A stretch of 63,996 bases of DNA, counting the filler, from Phoronis australis (taxonomy: Eukaryota > Animalia > Phoronida): NCBI GenBank assembly GCA_002633005.1. It is 10 parts of 10 records of this genome, joined end to end, with 100 filler letters (N's around TTAATTAATTAA, not from the genome) between each part and the next. Parts side by side here need not be neighbours in the genome. Positions count along the whole stretch, not along the records: positions 11,352 to 15,702 come from NMRA01002620.1; positions 15,803 to 37,476 come from NMRA01001405.1; 8 more parts are not named here. One strand, 5' to 3'. Both the position numbers and the translations under genes were made by a program. Positions 12,431 through 25,699 of this stretch are shown here, piece after piece; the stretch's first letter is position 1; each line of letters starts with the position of its first letter. Under the pieces are notes generated by a model that was not told where the DNA came from, ran no database searches, and was given only the letters and a program-made list of their open reading frames with translations.

Positions 12431-13374
12431 CTGAAATATAAATGATGACATTGTTAACTCAAGGGCAAAACATTGTAAAACAGTAGATGTGGACAATCAG
12501 TAGCTTTGAAAACTACTGAATATAGGTCACGAACATCCATTTGGAGGATAAGAAAAATTCCATTTCTCACCTATTATAAGGTAAGGAGCCCCACATTGTC
12601 ATTTTCGTGTTCCGATACCATCATACAATAAGTCAAAGGCTTATGATCACTCACAGCAATGTTGAAAAAATGAAAAACGGTCAATATAGGAAATTGTTTT
12701 TGCAGTAGTCTTATGATTCAGCAGATTAGTTCTGCTCTTGAAAACTGGTTTCAGTGTTCGCGAGTCTAGAGAAATTGATTTCAGCATGCAGGACGCCAAT
12801 TTCTCCGCTTTGAACACAGGCCAATTTAGGAGATGGCATGCTGTTTTTAGAGAAAGCAAAAATGTCTGTCCGTTAGGCATTGTGGTCAGGGGCCATGCTG
12901 ATATCCTACTATCACCATCATACAGTGGTTCAGAAAGTTGGTGCTCAGTTCAGCTATTTGATGGTTAGCGACACCTGCACTTGAGTTCGTACATTTGTAG
13001 CTTCCTTACCGGCATCTACAGACCAGCAATGTATGTATGAAGAGAGTGAACACACACAAACACCCCCACCCACACACAAACTAAAACTGAATACACTGTT
13101 AAGACATTTTTTATTTGATTCAGAGTCTCCACGCACAAGCCCAAACACTGTCTTCAGTCCTTCTTTGTGACCAGTTATGGGTCAGAGACCATCAGATGTC
13201 ATTTGACATTTGACAACAATCACATGACTTTGAGCTAACATAAATGCAATGCGCTTGGTCAACTTAAACTGTAGTCTTGAGTAAAGTTTCGAGCCAGTGG
13301 TTACGTCCTGTAAATCAACAAAGTTAAATCTACACAGAAAACGTTCATCATTGTTAAAACTCAATCAAGAGATT

Positions 13375-13465
13375 TGTATTAGTGTCATGAGGATCCCCAT
13401 GGAAAGCGGTGAGACCTGATGGGCTACCGTCATTGTAAATATTACAATAATAAATAAATAAATAT
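13375..13465 (+). mobile_element. 3-prime tail fragment of a LINE/SINE with a (TAAA)n tail (a similar one lies at about 48820-48920)
   Basis: A short stem-loop-like segment followed by aataataaataaataaat. Confidence 0.4.
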
Positions 13466-13532
13466 ATGAATAAATGATGAAGAAATGGTACAAGAATTAA
13501 TATGATTTCTTACGGTCACACCCTGTGTTTAC

Positions 13533-13625
13533 CTTTTCTCTGTTGTACACAATCACAATCACCAGAAGGGCCAGAGGCAGAGCCAAGAAGGACCCCTGAG
13601 TCAGTTCACTATCCATTGTTTGAGG
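13533..13625 (-). CDS. NOMO: NOMO transmembrane exon
   Basis: 93 nt, phase 0/0. PQTMDSELTQGSFLALPLALLVIVIVYNREK matches NOMO QGSYIALPLTLLVLLAGYNHDK. Confidence 0.92.
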
Positions 13626-14360
13626 CTAGAGAAAGAAAAGTATGTCCTTGAAACTAGTATACAAAAACAGAGTTTGCAATACAAGCATTCCATATTTGTA
13701 ACCATTAACACCCAGCCTTGCCTGAATGCCCATTCCTGAATCATATTGGGAAATCGAGTTTTAAGCGACCTAATTTGGTTGCATTTATTTAATACCCTCT
13801 GCTTGATTTTTGTTTTTCTGATGAAAACGAGGTGAGTTTTAACCCAAGCAGATACATTTATAACGGTGAACTGGTCTCATGATTGGGTGATGATGAAGCC
13901 ATGACAGTCATGCACTGACAGTCAAGCCATGACTAAAATTTCAGTTCAAAATCATTTAAAGCCATGTATGTCAATTCTTCTCTAATTTAGCACACAATAT
14001 GGCCGACAAGTGCATTTTGATTAATTACAACCATGAGTGGTAATGTCATGAAATAGCATTTGTTAAAATTGCCATTTAAAATCATAATCAGAAAGAAAGA
14101 AATGACTGTTTTGGCAATTACTTTTGTGCAAAATCAGTGGAGAATTACCAAGATTGTAAATTTTGATAACAAATTACAATGTATGCTTGCATACATTCAA
14201 TTATTTGCATCATGAATGTCATCAAAAACAGATTAGGAAGCTGAAAACAATGAGTAACTCACTAATAAGGAAACAGAATATCAAGCAAGCTCCTTAACAG
14301 GTTTTACTTAGAAAACGAAAAAATGCACAGCAGCATAGAACAACGGCACAAGAAACAAAC

Positions 14361-14582
14361 CTTTGGTTCGAAGTTAAAAACAAAATGCCTATGAGAAGTG
14401 TTGGCTGAAAACGTGACCTCTTGAGTATCAAAGTCATACTGGAGCTTGGAAAGTGATGCCTCAAGACGGACGAAGTAGTTCTGTTCGTCCATCTGTACCG
14501 AAGGCAAGTAGAAGAAATTGCTGAGCGTGAGTGAGACAGTGTGCATGGGGGAGTCAGGGTCACTCTCTCTGTACAGCTTTAC
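14361..14582 (-). CDS. NOMO: NOMO luminal exon
   Basis: 222 nt, phase 0/0. VKLYRESDPDSPMHTVSL...NYFVRLEASLSKLQYDF...HRHFVFNFEPK matches NOMO VKLYKSENLDNPIQTVSL...NYVVLLDSTLPRSQYDY. Confidence 0.92.
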
Positions 14583-14640
14583 CTGAAATGGTTATTAATA
14601 CCTATGAACTCTATTAAGGTATTAGATGACTAAATTAAAA

Positions 14641-14770
14641 ATTCTAGTTGGGCTATCATATGCACAAACAAAATCAACCTATTGTGTAAAGCAGAATTCT
14701 AGTTGGGCTATTATTATACATAAGCAAAGTTGGCCTATTGGGTAAATCAGAATTCTAATTGGGCTATAAT
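14641..14770. repeat. Degenerate tandem repeat of about 55 bp, about 2.5 copies
   Basis: attctagttgggctat...cctattg..taaa.caga recurs. Confidence 0.7.
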
Positions 14771-14955
14771 AGTAAATAAGTCTGAACGAGAATTTTATGT
14801 TAATATGCTTCTCAAAAAGCTGATCTGCAGTTGTTATATAATCTTGACTTTGATGAAAATAGCATTTTGAATAAAAATAATACTTGCTATGAAGTAAAGT
14901 AGGAAGTGATGAAATCTAAGTATGATACAGCAGTAGGGATGTTATGAAGTATGTA

Positions 14956-15702
14956 ACAAGAGCAATGCGGAGCGTGGAAATGCACCCACAAAAGCACCGC
15001 AAATGGCGTGCTTCTAGGGGTGTTTATTAGGAACATCAAAATGACCACTAGATGACACAAAATACGTCGAATCCATCTGAAAAGTGCTATGTGTCATCAA
15101 AGTTACTTATCAAATTTCATAAAAATCTGTCCAGGAACTTCTGAGAAACCGAGGAAAACGAAAAAAAAAAGAATTTGCCACTAGGAGGATATAGGTGCAG
15201 AAAAACATGGCTGCCACTAAGAGGCACCACAGTACATGAAGCCATCGGAAAATCATTGTCAGACTTTCGCTTCACATTAGGAACATACATGCCAATTTCC
15301 ACAACCATCCTTAGAGTGGTTTGGTTGACAGAGGGGCAGACACCAAATAACAAGACACGAAAACAGTAAAAATGGCTACTAGGTTGCGCAACATGCCAAA
15401 ATTCAAACTGAAAACTGGATGATAGCATCAGCTCACTAATAGATGCCTATCTGCCAAACTTAATGAAAATCCATTCGCGACCTTTGAAGATAGAGGTAAA
15501 ATTAAAGGAACAAAATTGCCACTAGGGGGCACACCAGTAGTCCGATCCATCCGAAAGTTGCCATCATTTGTTGTCAAGTTCACATAAATACACTTGCTGA
15601 ACTTAGTAAAGATCCAGCAGAGGGTTTAGGAGATACAGCCATGGGCGTTAAAAATGCCACTAGGAGGCGCCACAGTAGTCGAAGTCGGAAACTTATCGTC
15701 AG
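14956..15702 (+). mobile_element. Helitron/Helentron-like non-autonomous repeat with internal subrepeats and CTCF-like motifs
   Basis: Starts AACAAGAG. CCACTAGGGGGCAC is at 15519 and CCACTAGGAGGCGC at 15657. Homologous to 6361-6700. Confidence 0.55.
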
Positions 15703-17289
15703 NNNNNNNNNNNNNNNNNNNNNNNNNNNNNNNNNNNNNNNNNNNNTTAATTAATTAANNNNNNNNNNNNNNNNNNNNNNNNNNNNNNNNNNNNNNNNNN
15801 NNCCCCAAAATGTGGCCACGGAAGTGATTTTCTAGGCTTCCTAGAGTCGAATGGACTATGGCCTAGTTCAGGAATGGTCAACGTCCATCTTCAGGCTTGG
15901 GGACGAGGCTCGCATGCCGTCCATTGTAGACCTCTCCAAACCTCCTCAACAAATAGCAGTGCAACGGAACTTGGGTAAGTGAATAAAGCTACGAGGTGGC
16001 AGCACCTTACATGTACAGTGTCAGAATCTCGACAAAATGAACAGCACTTGCCGACCGGCAGAGAGCACTTAGCGCAGATGAACGAGGTACCTACGTCTGA
16101 CCACAGGTGCACTTAGAATGAACTCCTTCCTGTGTGTACAGAAATGGATGTCCGCTAGTGTCTGCATTCTGAGTGTGACCCCGGTGTACCTTACAACTGA
16201 GGGGTGCAAAATTATGTATTCGAGCAACCACGCAAAACTGATTTAAAACGAACAACCGTGCTGCACTGACCTAATGACCTGTGACAGAAAGATTTCACTC
16301 TGTTAAGTATCGACAAGAAACCCAGAATGACCCTATAAATCAGCTAGCTCCAAAATTTGAGGTTCTATAAAAAATTATTTCATTAAACACATGCTGATGA
16401 GCATAAAATTTTCTATGACAGACAAAATAACTCTGGGCTGTGCTCGCCAGCAACCCCCTAAAATCTTAACCACCGTCTTCCGTTCGAAAGCCCTCTTTAA
16501 TCTAGGTAGACTCGTAGCAAAAATCTCAAAATAAGGAAGCTGTTGTTGTCACGTGACTCGCTTACAGTACATCCATGGTAATGTCTCTTGAGCTTTCTTG
16601 CATTTCAGCAATATTTTCGGTTCTATTGGACACTTGCATCACACTGCTCGGTTAAGGAAAATATGTTTTTCTTTCACTGTGCGCCGGGCCTATGGCCTTT
16701 GAGCGCTTATTTATGTATTACAACAGCTTTCATGCAAAAACTGCCGTGATAACTGGCTTGAAACTGAAGATCGATAACTAAGAATGTGTTAAAAAACCTC
16801 GTTTGAGATTTTTTCTTTTAACACGGTGCTTGTTGCATGAAGATCTTAGTCAAATTAAAACATCAACAGTGCTAAACGTTTATGGAGAGTGCACATGCGT
16901 TATCCTAAAATTTCAGCGTGGTTTGCAACCAAAGCTTTAGAAGTCGTTTGTACGTTGCGCTTTTTCAGTGTCGTTTTTATCTCGTGCAATTGTAATGCTT
17001 TATTTAATCAGTATCCATTTATGTACAAATAAAACTTTTATGTTACAATTTGCATGACAATGTTACCTATATTGGGTTATTTTGACTTTTTCAATTGATT
17101 ATAAATGCCTGAATTACTGTACCTGAATTACCCTTCTGCGAGTGGGTTCACAGAAGAAGTTGGGCACAAATGCTCTCCCCATAGATACACCCACTGATGA
17201 TCAGCTGAAAGGTATGCGGAATGATGTTTGCCGTAGTGAGCTTATTATGAGGTCTTCTCAGAGGACCTTTTCGGCGGCTGGAAGGTTAC

Positions 17290-19230
17290 TGGACAGAGGG
17301 AACCTCCACTGACAGAACGCGAAGAACCTCACTATATTCGCCCAGCTGTTCTGTTGTGCAGAGCATAATATTGCGGTTTCTAAGCAGCTTGACGTCAGGT
17401 GCATAAAATTTCAGTGGCACTGGTATCCCAGCCTGGCAGGCGGGCTGGTCTGCTTGCACATTCACAACAACGCCGGCATGGCCGTGGACATACATGTAGG
17501 TCCAAAACACGTTGGAGTGGGCAGAGTTTCCGGAAGATGAGCCAGTTGGATGGGAACAGAAAAGAACGAATCCTAGTCGGCGCAGTCATCGAGTCTGAGG
17601 CGAAGATGGTCGTCGCGTCACATCAGGGTGCAGCTCAAAGAGGCACATGAGGGCTTGTTGGACTGCTCGAGCTCCATACGTAACCTGCTCGTGTAGACAT
17701 CATGGCAGCCACACCCTTCTGCTAGTGTCAGTTCATTCTGGCAGATCAGGTATCCCCCGCCAGCTCGGTTGGTATCCTTACAGAAGGAGATGTCAGTGGC
17801 CACTATAAAGGCATCATCCTCACTTAGTCCACTGGGCAATTAGCGACACACCGCTTTAGCGGCGCCCTGGGGCAAATTGCTACACCCTCTGTTGAAGACT
17901 GCCACAACTGTTGGCTCTTATCCGTGGTTTTGCAATTTTAATTTTAATTTTTAAAAAAAGTTACGCTGAATGAGCACCTGGATAATTTCCGTCGCACTAA
18001 AGATGTGAGAGGGTGTTGGAGCAAGTTCCTGAGGGGAGCTCTCGCCTGCGGGGTAATATCTTCATGATGAATGTATGGACAGTACGATCCTGAACTTGGA
18101 TGGCTTTTGTTGCTACAACTGCCTGCCCTAGGGCCTGGCAGTCAGCAATGCTAGGCACGTATTAGGTGCAGCTACTGGAGTTGGCATGGGACACGGTGGC
18201 CCATCCACTGTAGTCGTTCAAGTCTACCGTGCTGCTTTTGGCTAACGGGGATCATGGGAAGGGCACAATCTACCACAGACCATGTAAGACTCATGAAGAA
18301 CATTACAAAGTGACCCCCTCTGTCTTCCTGCCAGCTGCGGCATGAAGAGCATGGATCCCTTGGCTCGCTCGAGTGATGACTTTGTTCACGTGCTCAGTGA
18401 AATTGAGATGACGGTCGAGGAAAACACCCAGGTGTCTGAGTGTCTCATACGACACAACTGGAATGTCATCGTAAGCAGGGCGAGGGATAACTTGAACTCT
18501 GAGACGATTGTCCAGGGTGCACAGCAAAGTTTCACACTTCTCACCATTGCAACTTGTACATGTACAATAGCTGGAGCAGTAGTTCTTGACATCGGTCAGC
18601 ATTGGTTGAGTCCTCTCAATGAGTTGTTGGGGGTAACTGCCTACCGCGCATGTGATGATGTCATCGACGGAGGTCCTGAGCTTACAGTCCACGTGGCTGA
18701 TGCGAGTCAAGGGCAGAGGAGATCCTTGGGGAAGGCTGGTGCAGACACTGATCCAGTCTGTGCGCCAGGCACCATGTTTTAGCATGTGTCTCCTCGTACT
18801 CAGGTTAGTCATCACCCAGCGAACGAAGGAAGAACAGCTGCCAAAGTGTAACATGCCATCAGCAAGAAAAGGAAGACAGAGTTGTAGCCATTCTCAAGTT
18901 CCAGTCCCACAAGCAGGGTCTTCTGATGGTTTTCAAACCTTCCGAGATATCTGCTGCCAGAGATATTACATAAGCCCAAATATCTCGTTTGGGGGCGGTA
19001 TGCCCTCATGCCACTAAGGAGCTAGGCGTCCATCAGTCTTTTGATTTGGTGAGCGACTAGTTTCTCCGGGATATTTCCCACAAGGTTTTGCATGACGATG
19101 ACGCGATGGTATTTTCCTGGTTTGGGAACGTGTTAAGAATGCGTCGGTCCACTCGCTTGACTGCCAGCTCTTTCTGTACGACTTGGTGTTTAGTTCGTCG
19201 CCTTCACGACTTAAACAGAATAAAATCTCT
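17290..19230 (-). mobile_element. Decayed non-LTR retrotransposon with RT and RNase H (I/Tad/R1-type group), copy A
   Basis: Frameshifted RT motifs SLPQGSPL, SVDDI and LRHLGVFLDRHLNFTEHV. RNase H motifs IVATDISF, RMELE and YVHGHAGVVVNVQAD. Confidence 0.85.
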
Positions 19231-22200
19231 ACACTTCAACACAACAACGCGCTTTTATACCTCCGGGACAAAAGAGAGCTCTATTGTTGTGGAATCCGGG
19301 ATGTCGGAGTTCGGGGTAATTAAACAAAAGCTGTGTTTACACCACCTATTTGCTGTTGTAAAATGTGCGTAATTTCTCATTAATTTTCAAGGACAACAAG
19401 AGCAACTCAAAGCATTGAATGTGTTCACGAGTACATCTCATGTTTATAGGGGCGTTTTTAAATATCATCAAAACTGGGCACTGGACTGATGAGAATATGT
19501 CAAACCCATTCAAGGACTACGGAATGTAGTTGTAGTCGAATTCTCCCGAAAGATGTCTTATGTTGCCACTGGAATAAGCTCATCAAACTTTGCAAAGATC
19601 CTACAAGAGATTTAGGAGATACAGTGTATAGCTGCTGGGCTGGGAAAATATAATATCTACTAACGTGCGCCACGCGTCTCAAAATCAACATTAAGTCGAG
19701 CTGTTGTCATTAGGAAACACCTGTCAATTTGTAATGGTCCTTTGAACACTTTGACGGATGGAGAGGCTGACACCAAGAAAAAACAGACTCGAAAATTAAA
19801 AAATGGCCTCTACGTGGCAGAGGATACCTCTAGTCCGTAGGGGAATAGAAAAGTAATGTCGTCTCCTTAATAGCAATGTATTTGTAAAATTCCACGAAAG
19901 TCCGTTTCATCGACTGATAGACGACAATGAAAGAATTACCAATTCATTTGTCTGCTGGTAATAACGTGAGGCGCATAAGTCAATATCGTCTGCACTTATT
20001 TGACTTCACCGAGTCAACCGGCTAAGACGCCTGATTAGACAATAAGCCGATAGAACCAATGGAATGTCTTGTCCGGTTGACTTAGCGGAGCCAGCGAAAT
20101 TAATCAAGTGCAGCCAATGTTGTGAGTGAGTGGGCGGAGTGCACTTTAAGTACTATGCTAGTTTTATGAAAGTGGACACTTAATACAAAATTGAGAAATG
20201 TCCGTGCGCCTTTGCCTTCAAGACTGATTGTAGTGGAGACAGAAAGCAATCTATTCCCAAAGGCAAACAAAATCTTTCGTGTGTTTATATGGAGACACTT
20301 TCTTCTCTCTGAAACATAAAAATCCCCTCTGCAAAGTAAACATGACATGAATGAAAATCTAATGCAAGCAAGAAAGTGTGGCAAGAAAAAATCTAATTGA
20401 CCCATTCTTCATGCTATTCGAAAGCACTAAACCACGAAGAGACAAACGTTCAGAACGTATTTTTACCGGGAAACGAAGACAAAAAACCCACAAGAACCTG
20501 CCCTGTGAGGTAATTTACGTTCGTTTTGTGTACTACTCAATTCTTCAAGCTCTATTAATTATGATGAATAAGTGAAGTATGTCACTCCACAATAAATAGG
20601 TCAACATTTTAAGGTATGTAGAACGCTACTTTAGTCGGTGGGCCAGATTTTGTAGGGCCTCTAGAAAATGGTTTTTGTGAGTACTTTAGGGGGGCAATTT
20701 TATTTTGGTGTTTTTTAATTCCTTTATTAGAGTGTTTTCAAAATCTAAAAAGTTCCCACATATAAAGTTGCACATTTTTGAGAAATTTGAGTTTGAANGC
20801 AGCCACGCCCTTCTGCTAGTGTCAGTTCATTCTGGCAGATCAGATATCCCCCGCCAGCTCGGTTGGTATCCTTACAGAAGGAGATGTCAGTGGCCACTAT
20901 AAAGGCATCATCCTCACTTAGTCCACTGGGCAATTAGCGACACACCGCTTTAGCGGCGCCCTGGGGCAAATTGCTACACCCTCTGTCGAAGACTGCCACA
21001 ACTGTTGGCTCTTATCCGTAGTTTTGCAATTTTAATTTTAATTTTTAAAAAAAGTTACGCTGAATGAGCACCTGGATAATTTCCGTCGCACTAAAGATGT
21101 GAGAGGGTGTTGGAGCAAGTTCCTGAGGGGAGCTCTCGCCTGTGGGGTAATATCTTCATGATGAACGTATGGACAGTACGATCCTGAACTTGGATGGCTT
21201 TTGTTGCTACAACTGCCTGCCCTAGGGCCTGGCAGTCAGCAATGCTAGGCACGTATTAGGTGACGCAATGCAGCTACTGGAGTTGGCATGGGACACGGTA
21301 GCCCATGCGCTGTAGTCGTTCAAGTCTACCGTGCTGCTTTTGGCTAACGGGGACCATGGGAAGGGCGCAATCTACCACAGACCATGTAAGACTCATGAAG
21401 AACATTACAATGTGCCCTCCTCTGTCTTCCTGCCAGCTGCGACATGAAGAGCATGGATCCCTTGGCTCGCTCGAATGATGACCTTGTTCACGTGCTCAGT
21501 GAAATTGAGATGACGGTCGAGGAAAACACCCAGGTGTCTGAGTGTCTGATACGACACAACTGGAATGTCATCGTAAACAGGGCGAGGGGTATCTTGAGCT
21601 CTGAGACGATTGTCCAGGGTGCACAGCAAAGTTTCACATTTCTCACCATTGCAACTTGTACATGTACAATAGCTGGAGCAGTAGTTCTTGACATCGGTCA
21701 GCATTGGTTGAGTCCTCTCAATGAGTTGTTGGGGGTAACTGCCTACCGCGCATGTGATGATGTCATCGACGGAGGTCCTGAGCCTACAGTCCACGTGGCT
21801 GATGCGAGTCAAGGGCAGAGGAGATCCTTGGGGAAGGCTGGTGCTGACGCTGATCGCGTCTGTGCGCCAGGCACCATGTTCTAGCATGTGTCTCCTCGTA
21901 CTCAGGTTAGTCATCACCCAGCGAACGAAGGAAGAACAGCTGCCAAAGTGTAACATGCCATCAGCAAGAAAAGGGAGACAGAGTTGTAGCCATTCTCAAG
22001 TTCCAGTTCCACAAGCAGGATATTCTGATGGTTTTCAAACCTTCCCAGATATCTGCTGCCAGAGATATTACATAAGCCCAAATATCGCGTTGGGGGCGGT
22101 ATGCCCTCATGCCACTAAGGAGCTAGGCCTCCATCAGTCTTTTGATTTGGTGAGCGACTAGTTTCTCCGGGATCTTTCCCACAAGGTTTTGCATGACGAT

Positions 22201-23805
22201 GACGCGATGCCTTTTCAGCAGCTTGTGGTCTTTTCCTGGTTTGGGAACATGTGTTAAGAATGCGTCGGTCCACACGCTTGACTGCCAGCTCTTTCTGTAC
22301 GACTTGGTGTTTAGTTCGTCGCCTTCACGACTTAAATAGAATAAAATTTCTACACTTCCACGACCATACACCTCGACAGTTTCCGACATGACCAATGAAA
22401 ATATGGCTGACATTCCAAGACGAGGTCAATGAAAACAACGCACTTTTATACCTCCGGAGCAAAAGAGAGCTCTATTGTTGTGTAATCCGGGATGTCGGAG
22501 TTCGGCGTAAATAAACAGAAGCTGTGTTTACACCACCTATTTGCTGTTGTAAAACGTGCGTAATTTCTCAACAAGAGCAACGCAAAGCATTGAATGTGTT
22601 CACGAGTACATCTCATGTTTATAGGGGCGTTTTTAAATTTCATAAAAACTGGGCACTGGACTGATGAGAATATGTCAAACCCATTCAAGGACTACGGGAT
22701 GTACATGTAGTTGTAGTCGAATTCTCCCAAAAGATGTCTTATGTTGCCACTGGAATAAGCTCATCAAATTTTGCAAAGATCCTACAAGAGATTTAGGAGA
22801 TACAGCTGGGGTACGAAAATATAATATCTACTAACGTGCGCCACACGTCTCAAAATCAACATTAAGTCGAGTTGTTGTCATTAGGAAACACCTGCCAATT
22901 TTTAATGATCCTTTGAACACTTTGACGGATGGAGAGGCTGACACCAAGAAAAAACAGACTCGAAAATTAAAAAATGGCCTCTCTACGTGGCAGAGGATAC
23001 CTCTAGTCCGTAGGGGAATAGAAAAGTGATGTCGTCTCCTTAATAGCAATGTATTTGTCAAATTCCACGAAAGTCCGTTTCATCGACTGACAGACGACAA
23101 CGAAAGAATTACCAATTCATTTGTCTGCTGGTAATAACGTGCGGCGCATAAGTCAATATCGTCTGCACTTATTTGACTTCACCGAGTCAACCGGCTAAGA
23201 CGCCTGATTAGACAATAAGCCGATAGAACCAATGGAATGTCTTGTCCGGTTGACTTACCGGAGACAGCGAAATTGATCAAGTGCAGACAATGTTGTGAGT
23301 GAGTGGGCGGAGTGCTCTTTAAGTGCTATCCTAGTTTTATGAAAGTGGGCACTTAATACAAAATTGAGAAATCTCCCTGCGTCTTTGCCTTCAAGACTGA
23401 GTGTAGTGGAGACAGAAAGCAATCTATTCCCAAAGGCAAACAAAATCTCTCGTGTCTTTATATGGAGACACTTTCTTCTCTCTGAAACATAAAAATCCCC
23501 TCTGCAAAGTAAACATGCCATGAATGAAAATCTAATGCAAGCAAGAAAGTGTGGCAAGAAAAAAATCTAAATGACCCATTCTTCCTGCTATTCGAAAGCA
23601 CTAAACCACGAAGAGACAAACGTGCAGAAAGTATTTTTACCGGGAAACGAAGACAAAAAACCCACAAGAACCTGCCCTGTGAGGTAATTTACGTTCGTTT
23701 TGTGTACTACTCAATTCTTCAAGCTCTATTAATTATGATGAATAAGTGTAGTATGTCACTCCACAATAAATAGGTCAACGTTTTAAGGTATGTAGAACGC
23801 TACTT
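17705..23805 (+). repeat. Direct duplication of about 3 kb: 17705-20631 and 20799-23805
   Basis: Colinear copies with scattered substitutions and indels. A single N sits at the junction (20798). Confidence 0.95.
20799..22420 (-). mobile_element. Decayed RT-RNase H LINE, copy B
   Basis: Near-identical to copy A. Also shows THVPKPGKDHKLLKRHRVIVMQNLVGKIPEKLVA, the RT N-terminal IPKPGK...YRPI...GK.LEK motif. Confidence 0.85.
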
Positions 23806-24640
23806 AGGAAATATTGTCTTGAGACATCGCGTTTCACTTAATGACGAGCTTAAAAAATCTTATTTAAATCCGGCACGTTAAAGAGGCATAGGAGACGAAA
23901 GCTCGTGAAAAATCACAAATTTGACATAAGGGCTTAGGGAAAACTCTGTAGTCATCGCAGAGTTCAAAATCTCTTTCAAAGTTCTGATAAATGCACGCAT
24001 GCGCTCAAAGTCATTGACAAACAGCTGACTGACGAGATGGATTTCAACGGCAGATTATGATGTGATCGCGCTCTAATTTGAGGTCGACAGTACAGTATGA
24101 GGCAAGCCAGTGAAGCAAGCGATTTCTCAAAAGGAATCTAAATGCATTTTAAAATATATGTGAATACTACGATACCTTAACAAAATGTAAACATTAAAGA
24201 CTTACATTAATTGCTTCTTAATCGGACTGGCTGCTGTTTGAAGTTGCCATTGTTTTGTTTACAACAAAGGTCAAAGGTCACATTCTCCATATAAGGGGAA
24301 AATATGTCACATAAACACCGTATTGTGCAAATACTTTTTTAGTGTTTTATGTGCACTAAAACATTTTTTAACTTACCCGGTACTTTGACAAACACAGGGA
24401 CAATGTTTTTACATTTGATGTTACTACATGTACAGTGTATTCAATTCTCAATATAAGTTCCAAGGTAAGTTGATATATGCTTTCACGTGTTCATCAACAT
24501 AACTATTACGAACTCACAATTGTGTTCAATGCTTCATTGTTTTAGTATTCCTATGGGCCAAGGGGGCCTTGTCATCGTTTGGTTTTTGGAGAGGTCAATG
24601 GTGTTCCGCCCGAATATTCATTGCGTTTCGCTACTGTAAG

Positions 24641-25699
24641 TTAGAAATGACTGCAGCACTCTAAAGGCGGTACACATGGCTCCGGTTTTTGACCATTGTA
24701 CAGTGTCGACATGTTGTGATTGTTACGGGAAGAAGAAGCATCAAGTTTCGATGACGTCGGATAGATGGCGTTGATGGAATCGTTTCGGTATGCCTTATTC
24801 CAGAAACAAAGCACGTGCATGTATCCTTTACGAAACTGCTGAGACCTGAGTCCATAGATGAAACTGTTGAGACAAGAGTAAGAGAAGCCAATCCACATAA
24901 TGATTCTGTGAGCAACACGCGGCCAGTGGCCTTTGGGGTCGGCAACTACGCGCACGAGCAGTGGCGTCCAGGAAATGATATAGAGTGAGAAGACGAGAAA
25001 TAAAGTCTTGACAGCTTCCTTCTTGTACAGAACTTGTCCGATGGCAAATGTTGGGGTTTTGCGAATTTTGACGTAAATTCTAAAGTAGAAGACACTAGTT
25101 AGCAATGACGGTATTAGGATGAAGCTAATTGCTATCACGGAGCTCGTGGTGTTGAATGTTTTGCTTTTCTCACTCAGTCCGCACGACTGGTCTTTTTTGT
25201 TCTTCCCGAAGTTCACCAGGGTTAAAATAGTGGCAAAGACTGCGAACGCATGGAGCCCAACGATCATGCAGAACGTCCGCATCTTAGAAAACAAAGTTGT
25301 GTAGAGATTGTGGTGACAAATGTTGATGAAGCGATTGAAAGCAATAAGGGGCATGCTGTAGGCGGACAGGGCAATGCTGAAGCGTTGTACAGAGTCTGCG
25401 ACAGCACATAACGCCCTCTCACCCAGAATGTCGTAATTAGACAATGCATTTCCCAATAAAATTGGCAACACAAATCCTGACATGAGGAGATCGGACAACG
25501 CCAGGTTTATTATTAGCGCGTTGCCAACTTTTTTGCGAACTTCCTTTTGAATCAAAATTGCGAATATTATAAGGAGGTTGCCCACAGTTCCTGTGAGGAT
25601 GTAAACGGAGACGATTACGCATTCTGCGACGATGAGCTCCTTATCGAGTTCCTGAATAACGACTGTTCTATTTCGAATAGCAGCTAAAGAGGAATTCAT
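24641..25699 (-). CDS. Class A (rhodopsin-like) GPCR, melatonin-receptor-like, 352 aa, single coding exon
   Basis: Seven hydrophobic segments. Motifs: GN in TM1, NLALSD in TM2, NRFINICH at the DRY position, SWTP in TM6 and NSFIYG in TM7. An N-terminal NSS sequon is present. A splice acceptor (ctctttgcag) lies about 22 nt upstream of the ATG. Confidence 0.92.
   Translation of the reverse strand: MNSSLAAIRNRTVVIQELDKELIVAECVIVSVYILTGTVGNLLIIFAILIQKEVRKKVGNALIINLALSDLLMSGFVLPILLGNALSNYDILGERALCAVADSVQRFSIALSAYSMPLIAFNRFINICHHNLYTTLFSKMRTFCMIVGLHAFAVFATILTLVNFGKNKKDQSCGLSEKSKTFNTTSSVIAISFILIPSLLTSVFYFRIYVKIRKTPTFAIGQVLYKKEAVKTLFLVFSLYIISWTPLLVRVVADPKGHWPRVAHRIIMWIGFSYSCLNSFIYGLRSQQFRKGYMHVLCFWNKAYRNDSINAIYPTSSKLDASSSRNNHNMSTLYNGQKPEPCVPPLECCSHF

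Noticed and set aside
18342-18782. Plus-strand 146-aa ORF (and its copy at 21444-21884)
   Set aside because: It is the antisense shadow of the minus-strand RT remnant.
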